38,439 bases of DNA from an uncultured Candidatus Saccharibacteria bacterium (GTDB taxonomy: Bacteria > Patescibacteriota > Minisyncoccia > Phycocordibacterales > Phycocordibacteraceae): assembly GCA_964366435.1 (NCBI GenBank), contig CAYITJ010000006.1, positions 1 to 38,439 of the forward strand. Direction: 5' to 3'. Under the pieces are notes generated by a model, which searched no databases, was not told the DNA's origin, and was given only the letters and a program-made list of their open reading frames with translations. The position numbers and the translations under genes were made by a program. Shown here one piece after another: positions 9,535 to 19,179 of this stretch (positions are counted from its first letter, which is position 1; each line of letters starts with the position of its first letter).

Positions 9535-10520
9535 AGCCTGCCCAGTACCCTGATTTGAAAGTGCTCATACAGAAACTCGATAAGCGTAACAAGGAGCGCC
9601 AGGCGGCGCGCGTTATTCTTGCGGGCTCTGCGGTGCTTGGTCTCTTGGTTCTTGTTTCTCCGCTTCTTCCAAAGCCTACGCAGCAAGTAGCAGTGACCGA
9701 GCCTGAGGTGGTAGTACCTGCTCCCGTGGACGCATATGGCGCCGTGCGCCTTGAGGGCCGCGCTGCCATTGTGTACGACCTCACCACCAAAGAAGTGTTG
9801 TTCCAGAAGAACGCAAAGGCACAGCTACCGCTTGCCTCCCTTACCAAACTTCTCACTGCCTATGTAGGGGCCACCACGCTTGGTCGTGATGCCACCGTTG
9901 CCATTACCGAATCAGCAGCGGCAGTAGAAGGAGACAGCGGCCTTATGGTGGGCGAGGAGTTCACGCTGGCAAATGCTGCGAAGCTTGCGCTTGTAGCCTC
10001 GTCAAACGATGCAGCGGCAGCCATTACGGAGGCGGCCGAAGCAAAAGCTGCCACCAGCAAGAAGACCCTTATGGCTTCAGCCATCTCTGCCATTGGTCTG
10101 CCACAGACCTACGCGGTTAACGGCACTGGACTTGATGTAAGTACCACTCTCTCTGGCGGATACGGTTCAGCCTACGATGTGGCGCAGCTAGCCGGTGCGC
10201 TCATTGCTGTTGCTCCTGAGATAGCGCAAGCAACTGCGCAAAGCTCCGTCACTGTTTCCTCAAGAGCGGGCGTAGCTCACACCCTAAAGAACACCAACCA
10301 GAGCGCGGTGCGCATTCCAAACTTGTTGTTGTCTAAGACTGGCTACACCGACCTTGCGGGTGGAAACTTGGCCGTCGTGTACGACGCAGGTATCGGGCAC
10401 CCAGTTGCTATCGTCGTACTTGGCTCATCTGTTGACGGGCGCTTCTCGGATGTTTCCACACTCCTGTCTCTCACCCGCAATCACTTTGCGGGCATCGCCT
10501 ACAGCACACCATCTCCGTAA
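9531..10520 (+). CDS. S11 D-alanyl-D-alanine carboxypeptidase
   Basis: PLASLTK (SxxK), SSNDAA (SxN), KTGYT (KTG), and an N-terminal TM segment. Confidence 0.9.
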   Translation: MKPAQYPDLKVLIQKLDKRNKERQAARVILAGSAVLGLLVLVSPLLPKPTQQVAVTEPEVVVPAPVDAYGAVRLEGRAAIVYDLTTKEVLFQKNAKAQLPLASLTKLLTAYVGATTLGRDATVAITESAAAVEGDSGLMVGEEFTLANAAKLALVASSNDAAAAITEAAEAKAATSKKTLMASAISAIGLPQTYAVNGTGLDVSTTLSGGYGSAYDVAQLAGALIAVAPEIAQATAQSSVTVSSRAGVAHTLKNTNQSAVRIPNLLLSKTGYTDLAGGNLAVVYDAGIGHPVAIVVLGSSVDGRFSDVSTLLSLTRNHFAGIAYSTPSP

Positions 10521-10529
10521 TATTTTCCT

Positions 10530-11591
10530 ATGCTTCTTGATGCTGCCAGAGTCCTCATTCCCTCCGTCGTCGCCTTCATCATAGGAATAGGCCTCGCCCC
10601 CGTACTTGCACACTACCTCTACCAGTTCCGCGCCTGGAAGAAGAAAGGAGGGAAGGGGAAGGGAATAGGAGACGACACTGGCACACCACTCTTTGACGAG
10701 CTTCATAAGGAGCGCGAAGTCTCCACACCGCGCATGGGCGGCATATTGGTGTGGGGCTCAGTGGGTATCACCGCAGCGCTCCTGCTTGTACTTGGCAGCG
10801 TATTCGGGGAAACTGTGGCGCAGTTTGATTTTGTGAATCGTGGGCAGACCTGGCTGCCACTCTTCGCGCTTATTGTGGGCGCATTCTTTGGCGCCATTGA
10901 TGACGTGCTTGAGATTACCAAAAGTTCAGGTGGACTTCGTCTACGTTGGCGTCTAGCGGTAGTCGCGGTGCTGTCTGGCTTTATTGGGTGGTGGTTCTTT
11001 GCAAAGCTTGGCGTTGCTGCGGTAGGCATTCCATTTGTTGGCACTATTGCGCTTGGCTGGTTCTTTATTCCGTTTTTTATACTGGTGGCGCTCGCACTCT
11101 ACGCGGGGGGAGTCATCGACGGCATAGACGGACTCGCAGGTGGTGTGTTTGCGTTCATCTTTATGACGTATGCGGGCATTGCTTTTGCACAGAACCAGAT
11201 AGCGCTCGCAGCGTTTGCCGCAACCGTGGCCGGCGCACTCTTTGCGTTCCTGTGGTTCAACATTCCGCCTGCGCGCTTCTACCTGTCAGAAACGGGTACT
11301 ATGGCGCTTACCATGGCGCTAGCTGTCACGGCATTCTCCGCAGACGTCCTTGGCGACGGTGTTGGCGTGGCGGTGCTTCCCATCATCGCGCTTCCACTCA
11401 CCGTCACGGTGGTTACGAGCATCATGCAGACGCTCTCAAAGAAGCTATTCAAAAAAAAGCTCTTCCGCATCGCACCTATTCACCATCATTTTGAAGCTAT
11501 CGGCTGGCCTGCGTATAAGGTGACCATGCGGTACTGGGTTATCACCATCATTGCGGGTATTTTGGGGCTTGCACTCGCACTACTAAAATAA
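10530..11591 (+). CDS. mraY: Phospho-N-acetylmuramoyl-pentapeptide transferase
   Basis: TPRMGG, GAIDD, DGIDGL, APIHHHFEAIGW; polytopic membrane protein. Confidence 0.93.
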   Translation: MLLDAARVLIPSVVAFIIGIGLAPVLAHYLYQFRAWKKKGGKGKGIGDDTGTPLFDELHKEREVSTPRMGGILVWGSVGITAALLLVLGSVFGETVAQFDFVNRGQTWLPLFALIVGAFFGAIDDVLEITKSSGGLRLRWRLAVVAVLSGFIGWWFFAKLGVAAVGIPFVGTIALGWFFIPFFILVALALYAGGVIDGIDGLAGGVFAFIFMTYAGIAFAQNQIALAAFAATVAGALFAFLWFNIPPARFYLSETGTMALTMALAVTAFSADVLGDGVGVAVLPIIALPLTVTVVTSIMQTLSKKLFKKKLFRIAPIHHHFEAIGWPAYKVTMRYWVITIIAGILGLALALLK

Positions 11592-11596
11592 GGACT

Positions 11597-12721
11597 ATGC
11601 CTGGTCTGTCATCAAAACTATTTGGAGACCGACTCTTCGCCCTTATTGTAGCCATTCTTGTGGTGGGGGGCACAAGTGTGTTTTTCTCTGCGGCGCTCGG
11701 CCTGCTTGCGCGCGAAGGAGGGTCTATCGGACACATCGCTCTCACCCAGCTCGCGCTTGGCCTTGTTCCAGGTCTTATAGCGCTCGCGCTTTTGCGGTTC
11801 GCACCGCCCGCATGGATTGAGAAGGCGATTCTCCCGCTCTTTGTTCTCGCCATTCTTGCCACACTACTGGTGTTTGTCCCTGGCGTGGGTCACCACGTAA
11901 ACGGCGCAACACGCTGGATTGCTATTGGTCCGTTTACCGTGCAGCCGGCCGAGTTCCTAAAGATTGCGACCATTCTCATGCTCTCGCTGTACTTGGCAAA
12001 GATGCGCACCAAGCTCTCTGACATGCGCTACGGACTACTTGGATTCTGCACTATTGTGGGAGTGCCCGCGCTTCTGCTTCTTGCACAACCAAACACTTCC
12101 ACAACACTCGTCATTGGCTTCACTGCCGCAGCACTCTACTTCGTTGCGGGGGCACCACTGCGCGATTTCGCAATTCTTGCCTGCATTGCACTTATTGGAG
12201 CAGGTGCACTCGTGGCAACGCGCCCGTACCTGATGCACCGTGTCCAGACTTTCATAAACCCAGATCAGAACGCACTTTCTACGGGGTACCAGATTCAACA
12301 GTCTCTTATTGCGGTTGGCTCGGGCGGCATGCTCGGACGAGGCTTTGGGCAAAGTGTGCAGAAATTTAACTACCTACCCGAGCCAGTAGGGGACTCGGTC
12401 TTTGCCGTGTACGCGGAGGAGTTTGGGTTCCTCGGCACGGTTATCCTGGTTCTCCTGTTTACGGGATTTGCTGCCCGCGGCTTTGCGATAGCAGCAGGAG
12501 CAGCCACGAGCTTTGGATCGCTTGCTGCCACTGGCCTCACTCTACTCATTACCATTTCAGCATTTATGAACATTGGCGCCATGCTCGGCATCATGCCACT
12601 TACGGGTCTTCCGCTCCCATTTGTTTCCCATGGAGGAACAGCACTCCTGGCAGCGCTTGCGTCCGTAGGTATCATTTTGAATGTCGCTGCGCACCGCCCG
12701 AAGCGCAAAGCCGCACATTGA
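11597..12721 (+). CDS. ftsW: FtsW/RodA/SpoVE SEDS peptidoglycan glycosyltransferase
   Basis: NGATRW, QPAEFLK, GYQIQQS, YLPE..DSVFA..AEEFG, TGLPLPFVSHGG. Lies between mraY and murG. Confidence 0.9.
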   Translation: MPGLSSKLFGDRLFALIVAILVVGGTSVFFSAALGLLAREGGSIGHIALTQLALGLVPGLIALALLRFAPPAWIEKAILPLFVLAILATLLVFVPGVGHHVNGATRWIAIGPFTVQPAEFLKIATILMLSLYLAKMRTKLSDMRYGLLGFCTIVGVPALLLLAQPNTSTTLVIGFTAAALYFVAGAPLRDFAILACIALIGAGALVATRPYLMHRVQTFINPDQNALSTGYQIQQSLIAVGSGGMLGRGFGQSVQKFNYLPEPVGDSVFAVYAEEFGFLGTVILVLLFTGFAARGFAIAAGAATSFGSLAATGLTLLITISAFMNIGAMLGIMPLTGLPLPFVSHGGTALLAALASVGIILNVAAHRPKRKAAH

Positions 12722-12746
12722 TTCCGCACAGAAGTGGTGCTATCGT
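12718..12746 (+). promoter_or_regulatory. Putative tmRNA promoter
   Basis: TTGATT-17nt-TATCGT with TG extension, overlapping the ftsW stop codon. Confidence 0.55.
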
Positions 12747-12751
12747 CATCT

Positions 12752-13165
12752 TGGCTACGCGGTGTGACGAGTAATAAGCGGACTGGACCCGGGTGCGATT
12801 CCCGGCGCCTCCACCACTACCTCACCCCTTGATCTTTTAGTGAAGGGGGCGATCAGCATCGACAGACGTGTAAAAACGTCACCGAGCTTCGAGCTCAAGC
12901 TGCCTGCCAATTCTAAACGCCAACGATAACTTCGTGGTGACTGCTGAGGAAGACGCGGGCGACCGCGTTCTCCTCGCCGCCTAATAGGGTCCGCTAACCC
13001 GACCCAGGCGAAAAGTCCTTCGTCCCTTCACCAGGATTAAGGCTGGGCCCGGAGGGAGCCTGCAAACAGAATCCCTCCACCTCATTCTAGAATCGACGCA
13101 AGCTTTTCCGCGAGAGGGCGCGTGGGTCGGGGGGCCCCCGGTTGCATCGCAACCGGGGGCTTTTC
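12752..13165 (+). ncRNA. ssrA: Circularly permuted (two-piece) tmRNA
   Basis: Acceptor piece comes first (T-arm CCGGG-TGCGATT-CCCGG 12789-12805, CGCCTCCA-CCA 12806-12816). A 28-nt intervening segment follows. Then the coding piece begins GGGGGCG-ATCAGCATCGAC (12845), giving a G3:U70 pair. Tag ORF 12919-12987 reads ANDNFVVTAEEDAGDRVLLAA**. Confidence 0.95.
13134..13165 (+). terminator. Intrinsic terminator of the tmRNA gene
   Basis: GCCCCCGGTTGC-ATC-GCAACCGGGGGC-TTTT. Confidence 0.85.
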
Positions 13166-13211
13166 TCATTCAATGCCGTTAAATGTGCTATAAATAAAAG
13201 ACGAAACATCT

Positions 13212-14372
13212 ATGAAGGTTGTCTTTACCGGAGCTGCAGGAGGGCACTTCTACCCGCTTATTGCGATAGCTGAAGCCCTAGAGGAAATTGTCCTTGAACG
13301 CCGTCTGGTGTCTCCCCAGATGTTCTATCTTTCCGACCAGCCAAACGACGAGCAGACCCTCTTTGCGAGCAATCTGACATTTGTGCGCATTCCAGCAGGG
13401 CGCATGCGTCGCTACTTCTCCATTAAGAATTTCACTGACGCATTTGTCACACTCCATGGATTCTTTGTTGCACTCTTCACACTCTTTCGTATTTATCCCG
13501 ACGTCGTCATTTCAAAGGGAAGTTATGCTAGCGTTCCTGTCGTACTAGCAGCACACCTACTTCGTATTCCTATTATCATTCACGAATCAGACGCGAAGCC
13601 GGGACGGGCAAACATTTTGGCGTCTACTCGCGCAACACGCATCGCGGTCTCTTACGAAAGCTCTATTCCATTTTTCCCCGTGAAGACGCGGAGCAAGATT
13701 GCTCGTGTTGGTATTCCTATTCGCCGTGCTCTTCGCCAGCTTCCCGAGAAGCAAGCCTCTGTCGCCGCTCTTTCACTCGACTCAAGCGTTCCTACAGTGC
13801 TTGTCATCGGTGGCTCTCAGGGCTCGCAGAAAATTAACGAGACACTCATAGACGCACTACACGACCTGGTGCCGTACGTGAACGTTGTTCACCAAACAGG
13901 AAGAGCGCACATCGATGAGGTAGTAAAGCGCTCACACGTAGTACTGAGTACTAGTCCCTTTACTGCTCGCTATCATCCGCTCTCATACCTCTCAGCAGAG
14001 CAGCTACGCACTGCAGCAGGCGCATGTGACGTGGTGGTATCACGCGCAGGCGCTACTTCTATCGCAGAGATTTCGCTGTGGGGAAAGCCAGCAATCCTTA
14101 TTCCTATTCCAGAATCAATCAGTCACGACCAGCGCACCAATGCGTACGCCTATGCACACACGGGCGCCGCAGTGGTACTTGAAGAAGCCAACATGACTTC
14201 GCACGTACTCCAAAGTGAAATTCTTTCTATTGCTCGCTCTCTAGAGCTTGCACAGAGCATGAGTGCACACGCAGCAGGGTTTTCTAACCCAGAGGCCGCA
14301 CGCATGATTGCAGAAGAAATCGTACGCATTGGCCTCTCGCACGAGCCTCAGACTCCCGCACCTGTTGTATGA
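13212..14372 (+). CDS. murG: UDP-GlcNAc:lipid I N-acetylglucosamine transferase
   Basis: GGHFYP, KGSYASVP, HESD..PGRAN, GGSQGS, SRAGATS, HDQRTNA. Confidence 0.95.
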   Translation: MKVVFTGAAGGHFYPLIAIAEALEEIVLERRLVSPQMFYLSDQPNDEQTLFASNLTFVRIPAGRMRRYFSIKNFTDAFVTLHGFFVALFTLFRIYPDVVISKGSYASVPVVLAAHLLRIPIIIHESDAKPGRANILASTRATRIAVSYESSIPFFPVKTRSKIARVGIPIRRALRQLPEKQASVAALSLDSSVPTVLVIGGSQGSQKINETLIDALHDLVPYVNVVHQTGRAHIDEVVKRSHVVLSTSPFTARYHPLSYLSAEQLRTAAGACDVVVSRAGATSIAEISLWGKPAILIPIPESISHDQRTNAYAYAHTGAAVVLEEANMTSHVLQSEILSIARSLELAQSMSAHAAGFSNPEAARMIAEEIVRIGLSHEPQTPAPVV

Positions 14373-15799
14373 GCGTACGCACCCGATTTGCACCAAGTCC
14401 GACCGGCTTCCTCCACGTAGGGAGCGCACGCACTGCGCTGTATGCGTGGCTCTATGCACGTCGCCATGGCGGACAGTTTATTCTGCGTATTGAAGACACC
14501 GACAAGGAGCGTGAGGTGGAAGGCGCTATCGGACACGTCATGGAGTCGCTCCGATGGCTTGGTATACAGTGGGACGAGGGAGTGGACGTAGACGGCCCGT
14601 ACGCGCCCTATATTCAGTCACAGCGCCTTCCACTCTATCGGAAGTATGCTGAGCAGCTCCTTGCTGCTGGATTTGCGTACCCAGACCCGTACACCGAGGA
14701 AGAGGTGGCGGTATTTCGCGCTACGGCAGAGGCGGAGAAGCGCCCGTTTCTTTTCCGTGACCATCGCCCAGAGACAGTAGGGGAGTGGGACGGTTCACGA
14801 CCATTACGCTTTCGTACGCCACGCATTGCCCGCTACGAGTGGGACGACGCAGTGCTCGGCAATCTTTCCGCAGGGGAAGAGGCACTGGATGATTTTATTT
14901 TGATAAAGGGCGACGGCTACCCGACCTACAACTTTGCACACGTGGTGGACGATATTGAGATGAAGATTACGCACGTTATGCGTGGTCAAGAATTTGTTTC
15001 TTCTACCCCAAAATTCCTAGCGCTCTACGAGGCGTTAGACACGGCCCCGCCAGTATTTGCGACACTTCCTCCCATTCTCGGAGAGTCCGGCACGAAGAAA
15101 CTTTCGAAGCGCGACGGCGCAAAGGATGTGCTCGATTACAAGCGCGAAGGATACCTTCCAGAAGCATTGGTTAACTTCCTGGCGCTACTTGGCTGGAACC
15201 CAGGAGGGGACGAGGAGTTCTTTACTCCCGATCAACTTATCGCCACGTTCTCTCTGGAGCGCGTTCAGCGTTCGGGGGCGCAGTTTAACGATGAGAAGCT
15301 GCTTCACCTAAATCGGGAGTGGATGCGCACTTTGACTGACGACGGGTACCTAGCGCAGCTTGGCTCTGACGAAGACATAACGGTTCTTGCACGAGCTCTT
15401 CCCATTCTCAAAGAACGCGCACAAACATTCGCAGAAGCGCGCAGCATGCTCGAAACAGAGCTCGACTTCCTGTTTACTGCACCCACACTTGACCCAGCGC
15501 TCCTCACCGCCAAGGAGCCTGGAGAGCGCCCTGGGTGCACCAAAGAGATGCTCTCGCTCGTGCTCGCCACCTTGCGCCTGGAGAGCGATCAGTCCACTCC
15601 AGAGGCAGTGAAGGAGCTCCTTATGCCGGTCGCAGATCTTGAGGAAGCAAAAGGGAAGGGGGGACGTGGCGCAATGCTCTGGCCACTTCGCTACGGACTT
15701 TCTGGTAAGGAACGGTCTCCTGACCCGTTTACTCTTGTAGCGGTGCTTGGCACTGAGGAAGCAATTTCTCGAGTTGAGCGCGCACTTGCTATACTGTAA
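14369..15799 (+). CDS. gltX: Glutamate--tRNA ligase
   Basis: RTRFAPSPTG, HVGS, LRIEDTD, ITHVMRG, KLSKR. Confidence 0.96.
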   Translation: MSVRTRFAPSPTGFLHVGSARTALYAWLYARRHGGQFILRIEDTDKEREVEGAIGHVMESLRWLGIQWDEGVDVDGPYAPYIQSQRLPLYRKYAEQLLAAGFAYPDPYTEEEVAVFRATAEAEKRPFLFRDHRPETVGEWDGSRPLRFRTPRIARYEWDDAVLGNLSAGEEALDDFILIKGDGYPTYNFAHVVDDIEMKITHVMRGQEFVSSTPKFLALYEALDTAPPVFATLPPILGESGTKKLSKRDGAKDVLDYKREGYLPEALVNFLALLGWNPGGDEEFFTPDQLIATFSLERVQRSGAQFNDEKLLHLNREWMRTLTDDGYLAQLGSDEDITVLARALPILKERAQTFAEARSMLETELDFLFTAPTLDPALLTAKEPGERPGCTKEMLSLVLATLRLESDQSTPEAVKELLMPVADLEEAKGKGGRGAMLWPLRYGLSGKERSPDPFTLVAVLGTEEAISRVERALAIL

Positions 15800-15802
15800 G
15801 CG

Positions 15803-17152
15803 ATGCCTCCTTTCGTACGTTCACTCTCATCACTTTTCATACTTACGCTTCTCCTTGCTGGATTCTCGCAGATTTCGGTTGATAGCGCGTACGCTGAGAC
15901 CGTAGACGACATCAAGGACCAAATTGAATCCCACAACGAGAAGATTCAGGCTATTGAGCGGGAAATTGCCGCCTACCAAAAGCAGTTGAATGTGCTTGGT
16001 GCTCAGGGACAGACACTGCAAACTGCTATCAAGTCCATCGACGTGACGCGTCAGCAAACGACCTCGCAAATTAACGCGACGCAGAATCGCATCAGTGCCA
16101 GCAACCTAAAGCTTAATGAACTGGCCTACGAGATAGCTGACAAGGAAGACATTATTCGCCTTGACCGCGAAGTACTTGCGCGCTCATTCCGCAATTTGCA
16201 AGCTGCCACTGACTCAAGCTTGATTGAGCAGCTTCTTGCCACCGATTCTCTCACTGATGCTTGGATTATGGTTGATACGACTGCCGATCTCTCGCGTGCG
16301 CTTCAAGAACACACACAAAATTTGGGAGCTGCAAAAGCAGAGCTCACCGTACAACACACTTCCGTTGCTGCTACCAAGTCAAAGCTCTCTGAACTCAACG
16401 AGGACCTGAAACAGCAGAAGAAATCACTCGATCTTGCAAAGGCGGAGAAGGATAAGCTGTTGAAGCAGACCAAGAGCCAGGAGACAACGTACCAGAGCTT
16501 GATTGCAAAGAAGCGCGCGGAGCAGAAAGTATTTGAGGCTGCGCTCTCTGGTCTTGAGAACAGTCTTAAGTCCGTTGGCTCTGCCGGCATCCCGAGCGTT
16601 GGAAAGGGTATCCTGGCCTGGCCGTTTAGACCTGCCTTTATGGCTACCTGTCCTGGCAAGGCAGGTGCGCTCGGCAACAACTTCTGCATCACGCAGTACT
16701 TTGGCAACACCGCGTTTGCAACCGCAAACGCACAGATTTACAACGGCTCAGGTCACAACGCCATTGATATGGGTGTACCAACTGGCACACCGGTAACTGC
16801 AGCACTCTCAGGCACCGTCATGGCTACCGGCAACACTGACACAGTCCCTGGCTGTTATTCATACGGAAAGTGGGTAGTGGTAAAACATGCAAACGGCTTG
16901 GCCACCCTCTATGCCCACCTTTCATCAATTGGAGTATCTTCGGGACAGGTGGTGACCACCGGGGAAGTCATTGGCAACTCTGGCATGACTGGCTACGCCA
17001 CCGGCCCACACCTTCACTTCAGCGTGTTCGCTTCTGCAGGAGTGCAAATCATGACGCTCCGAGAGTACCGCGGAGCAACGACCCCGTGTGCGAACGCATC
17101 TATGCCAGTAGCACCAAAAGACGCCTACCTGAACCCGATGTCGTATCTATAA
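15803..17152 (+). CDS. Coiled-coil plus M23 peptidase (murein hydrolase/EnvC-like)
   Basis: Signal peptide, long coiled coil, HNAID (HxxxD), LYAHLS, TGPHLHF (HxH). Confidence 0.9.
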   Translation: MPPFVRSLSSLFILTLLLAGFSQISVDSAYAETVDDIKDQIESHNEKIQAIEREIAAYQKQLNVLGAQGQTLQTAIKSIDVTRQQTTSQINATQNRISASNLKLNELAYEIADKEDIIRLDREVLARSFRNLQAATDSSLIEQLLATDSLTDAWIMVDTTADLSRALQEHTQNLGAAKAELTVQHTSVAATKSKLSELNEDLKQQKKSLDLAKAEKDKLLKQTKSQETTYQSLIAKKRAEQKVFEAALSGLENSLKSVGSAGIPSVGKGILAWPFRPAFMATCPGKAGALGNNFCITQYFGNTAFATANAQIYNGSGHNAIDMGVPTGTPVTAALSGTVMATGNTDTVPGCYSYGKWVVVKHANGLATLYAHLSSIGVSSGQVVTTGEVIGNSGMTGYATGPHLHFSVFASAGVQIMTLREYRGATTPCANASMPVAPKDAYLNPMSYL

Positions 17153-17166
17153 TCGAAATAATTTAT

Positions 17167-17937
17167 ATGTCCGAATCTCTTGAGAGAAGAAGGGTGCACA
17201 AGGAGTCTGCGTCGCTGCAAGAGGGAGGAGGAGAAGCTATTCGTAATGCTTTTGAGTACGTTGATTCTTCTCTTAATCGTCCTGGAGACTTTAGATCCTT
17301 TCAGGGAACATTTCGGAATCTTTTGCCAGAAGGGCAGGAGGACCTACGCGTGTATATTGAGAACACGCTTCAGGAACGCAAGGGGCACGCAGTTGGCGTA
17401 GAATTTGGCGGGCCTGGCGTAGCCCTTTTTGAGGACTTCACTCCTCACTTTTTTAGAAAGACTATAGGGGTCACCTTGCGCGAACATAGAAGGCCCGAGC
17501 AAATCATGGATCTTGAGACGCACACAGTGCTCGAGGGAGATGTTCGCACATCGACAACGTACAGGGCGCTTGAGGAGAAATTGGGTGGTGAAAGAGCCGA
17601 TTTAATTGTTGAACGCCTTCTTGGCGGATGGGACTTCATTCAGAACGATCCGAGGCTTTTTGGGGCAATGCTTAAAAAGTGGTACTCCTTTCTTAACGAG
17701 GATGGTCTTCTTATTGCAGAGGGGCCACCACCCTTCCAAACGGCACATAAGGAAGAGAGAGACTTCTTCCCACTCCTTCAGCGTTGGGCGGATGTACTAG
17801 AGGAACGTCACCCAGAATCTCTCACTGTGCGTGTAGCTAGGTCGCCAGAATTTCGTTCGCCAGTCTTTAGTTTGCAGCGTAAGCAGGGCGCCCCGGAGGA
17901 ACTGCCGCTCCTTGAAGGGCCTGATGGAATTTGGTAA
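17167..17937 (+). CDS. Putative class I SAM-dependent methyltransferase-fold protein
   Basis: VGVEFGGPG (motif I-like), LEGDV, ADLIV, FLNEDGLLIAE. Start set to ATG 17167. Confidence 0.55.
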   Translation: MSESLERRRVHKESASLQEGGGEAIRNAFEYVDSSLNRPGDFRSFQGTFRNLLPEGQEDLRVYIENTLQERKGHAVGVEFGGPGVALFEDFTPHFFRKTIGVTLREHRRPEQIMDLETHTVLEGDVRTSTTYRALEEKLGGERADLIVERLLGGWDFIQNDPRLFGAMLKKWYSFLNEDGLLIAEGPPPFQTAHKEERDFFPLLQRWADVLEERHPESLTVRVARSPEFRSPVFSLQRKQGAPEELPLLEGPDGIW

Positions 17938-18010
17938 GTGCTTATGTAGCAAGACTGTGCATAGTCAGTCACGCGCCCATAAGGTCGTGATAGCCTACTA
18001 GTAACGTAGT

Positions 18011-18490
18011 ATGTACGGTACACAACAAGCACGCGGTTTTACCCTTATTGAGCTATTAGTTGTAATTGCCATCATTGGCATCCTTTCGTCTGTAGTGCTT
18101 TCTGCACTTAACACCGCAAGGACCAAGGGATCGGACTCTGCAATTAAATCAAACCTTTCCGGTGCTCGCTCCCAGGCCGAACTCTTTTATGATGCAAGCG
18201 GAGGTTCGTACAACACCGTATGCACAAACGTCTCAGCGCCTGGCGGTGTCAAAAGCATCTACGCAAATGTACTAGCTGCAGCAGAGGCAGCCGGTCTTTC
18301 TGGTTTCTCTGTAGACCTTGCTGCAGGGGGCTCTACCGGCACCGCTGTGTGTAATGACGGCGCAAGTGGCTGGCTAGCCCAAGTGCAACTGAAGAGTAAC
18401 AGCGCACATTTCTTCTGCGTAGACAGCTCTGGTGCTGCGAAAACAAATACCTACAGCATGGTGAGCAATGCCGTTGATTACAGCTGCTAG
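18011..18490 (+). CDS. Type IV pilin-like protein
   Basis: RG|FTLIELLVVIAIIGILSSVVL prepilin N-methylation motif; FFCVDSSG C-terminal region. Confidence 0.92.
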   Translation: MYGTQQARGFTLIELLVVIAIIGILSSVVLSALNTARTKGSDSAIKSNLSGARSQAELFYDASGGSYNTVCTNVSAPGGVKSIYANVLAAAEAAGLSGFSVDLAAGGSTGTAVCNDGASGWLAQVQLKSNSAHFFCVDSSGAAKTNTYSMVSNAVDYSC

Positions 18491-19158
18491 TCTTTTGCGT
18501 CGCGCACCCTCCACAGTACGCGGCACGCGTAGGAACGGTGCGGCGACCACTGCTGTGCAATCAGCTCAATCTCTGCAATAGGTGCGTCTTTAGGTAGTCC
18601 ATAGAGTGCTTCTACAGAACGACGAAGACCCAAGTCACCAGGCGAGAATACGTCCTCTTTCTGAAGAGCAAATATAAGAAACATCTCGGCCGTCCAGCGC
18701 CCAATACCCCAAATAGCTGAGAGCGCAGCCACAGCGTCGTCCTCGGGCATTGCGCCGAGTTTCTTCAAATCAAGCGCACCTTCGGTAAGGGCTTTTGAAA
18801 GCTGCTTGAGAGTCTTTATCTTTGCCGCAGACAGTCCTGCTTTGCGCATCGTCGTCTCACGCAAGCGAAGTATTGCTTCTGGCGTCACGGTACCCTTGCA
18901 AGCTTTCTCCAATCGCGCCCAAATAGTGTCAGCTGCCTTGGTGGAGAGCTGCTGACTCACAATAGAGCCCGCAAGGGCAGGGAAGAGTGCATCGTATCGC
19001 CTGCGGTGCTCCATACTCGCCAGAATGGTGTCGTGGTGGGGAAGTGCGGCCCGGTAGAGCTTCGGGTCAGCTTTCTTCAAATGCATGAGTGCTGGATGGG
19101 GGAGCGAGCCTCCCCTTTTGTTCACTTGCTTCTTAGTGGCAGTCTTTTTTACGGCCAT
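18487..19158 (-). CDS. alkA: DNA-3-methyladenine glycosylase II (AlkA/HhH-GPD family)
   Basis: SIVSQQLSTKAA, GIGRWTAEMFLIF, DLGLRR, WSPHRSYA. Likely start ATG 19158. Confidence 0.88.
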   Translation of the reverse strand: MAVKKTATKKQVNKRGGSLPHPALMHLKKADPKLYRAALPHHDTILASMEHRRRYDALFPALAGSIVSQQLSTKAADTIWARLEKACKGTVTPEAILRLRETTMRKAGLSAAKIKTLKQLSKALTEGALDLKKLGAMPEDDAVAALSAIWGIGRWTAEMFLIFALQKEDVFSPGDLGLRRSVEALYGLPKDAPIAEIELIAQQWSPHRSYACRVLWRVRDAKD

Positions 19159-19164
19159 GCCCAT

Positions 19165-19172
19165 AGTATACT
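19165..19172. promoter_or_regulatory. Palindromic -10 element shared by two divergent genes
   Basis: AGTATACT reads TATACT on both strands, 6 nt from the alkA ATG and 7 nt from ATG 19180. Confidence 0.6.
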
Positions 19173-19179
19173 TTTTTAC

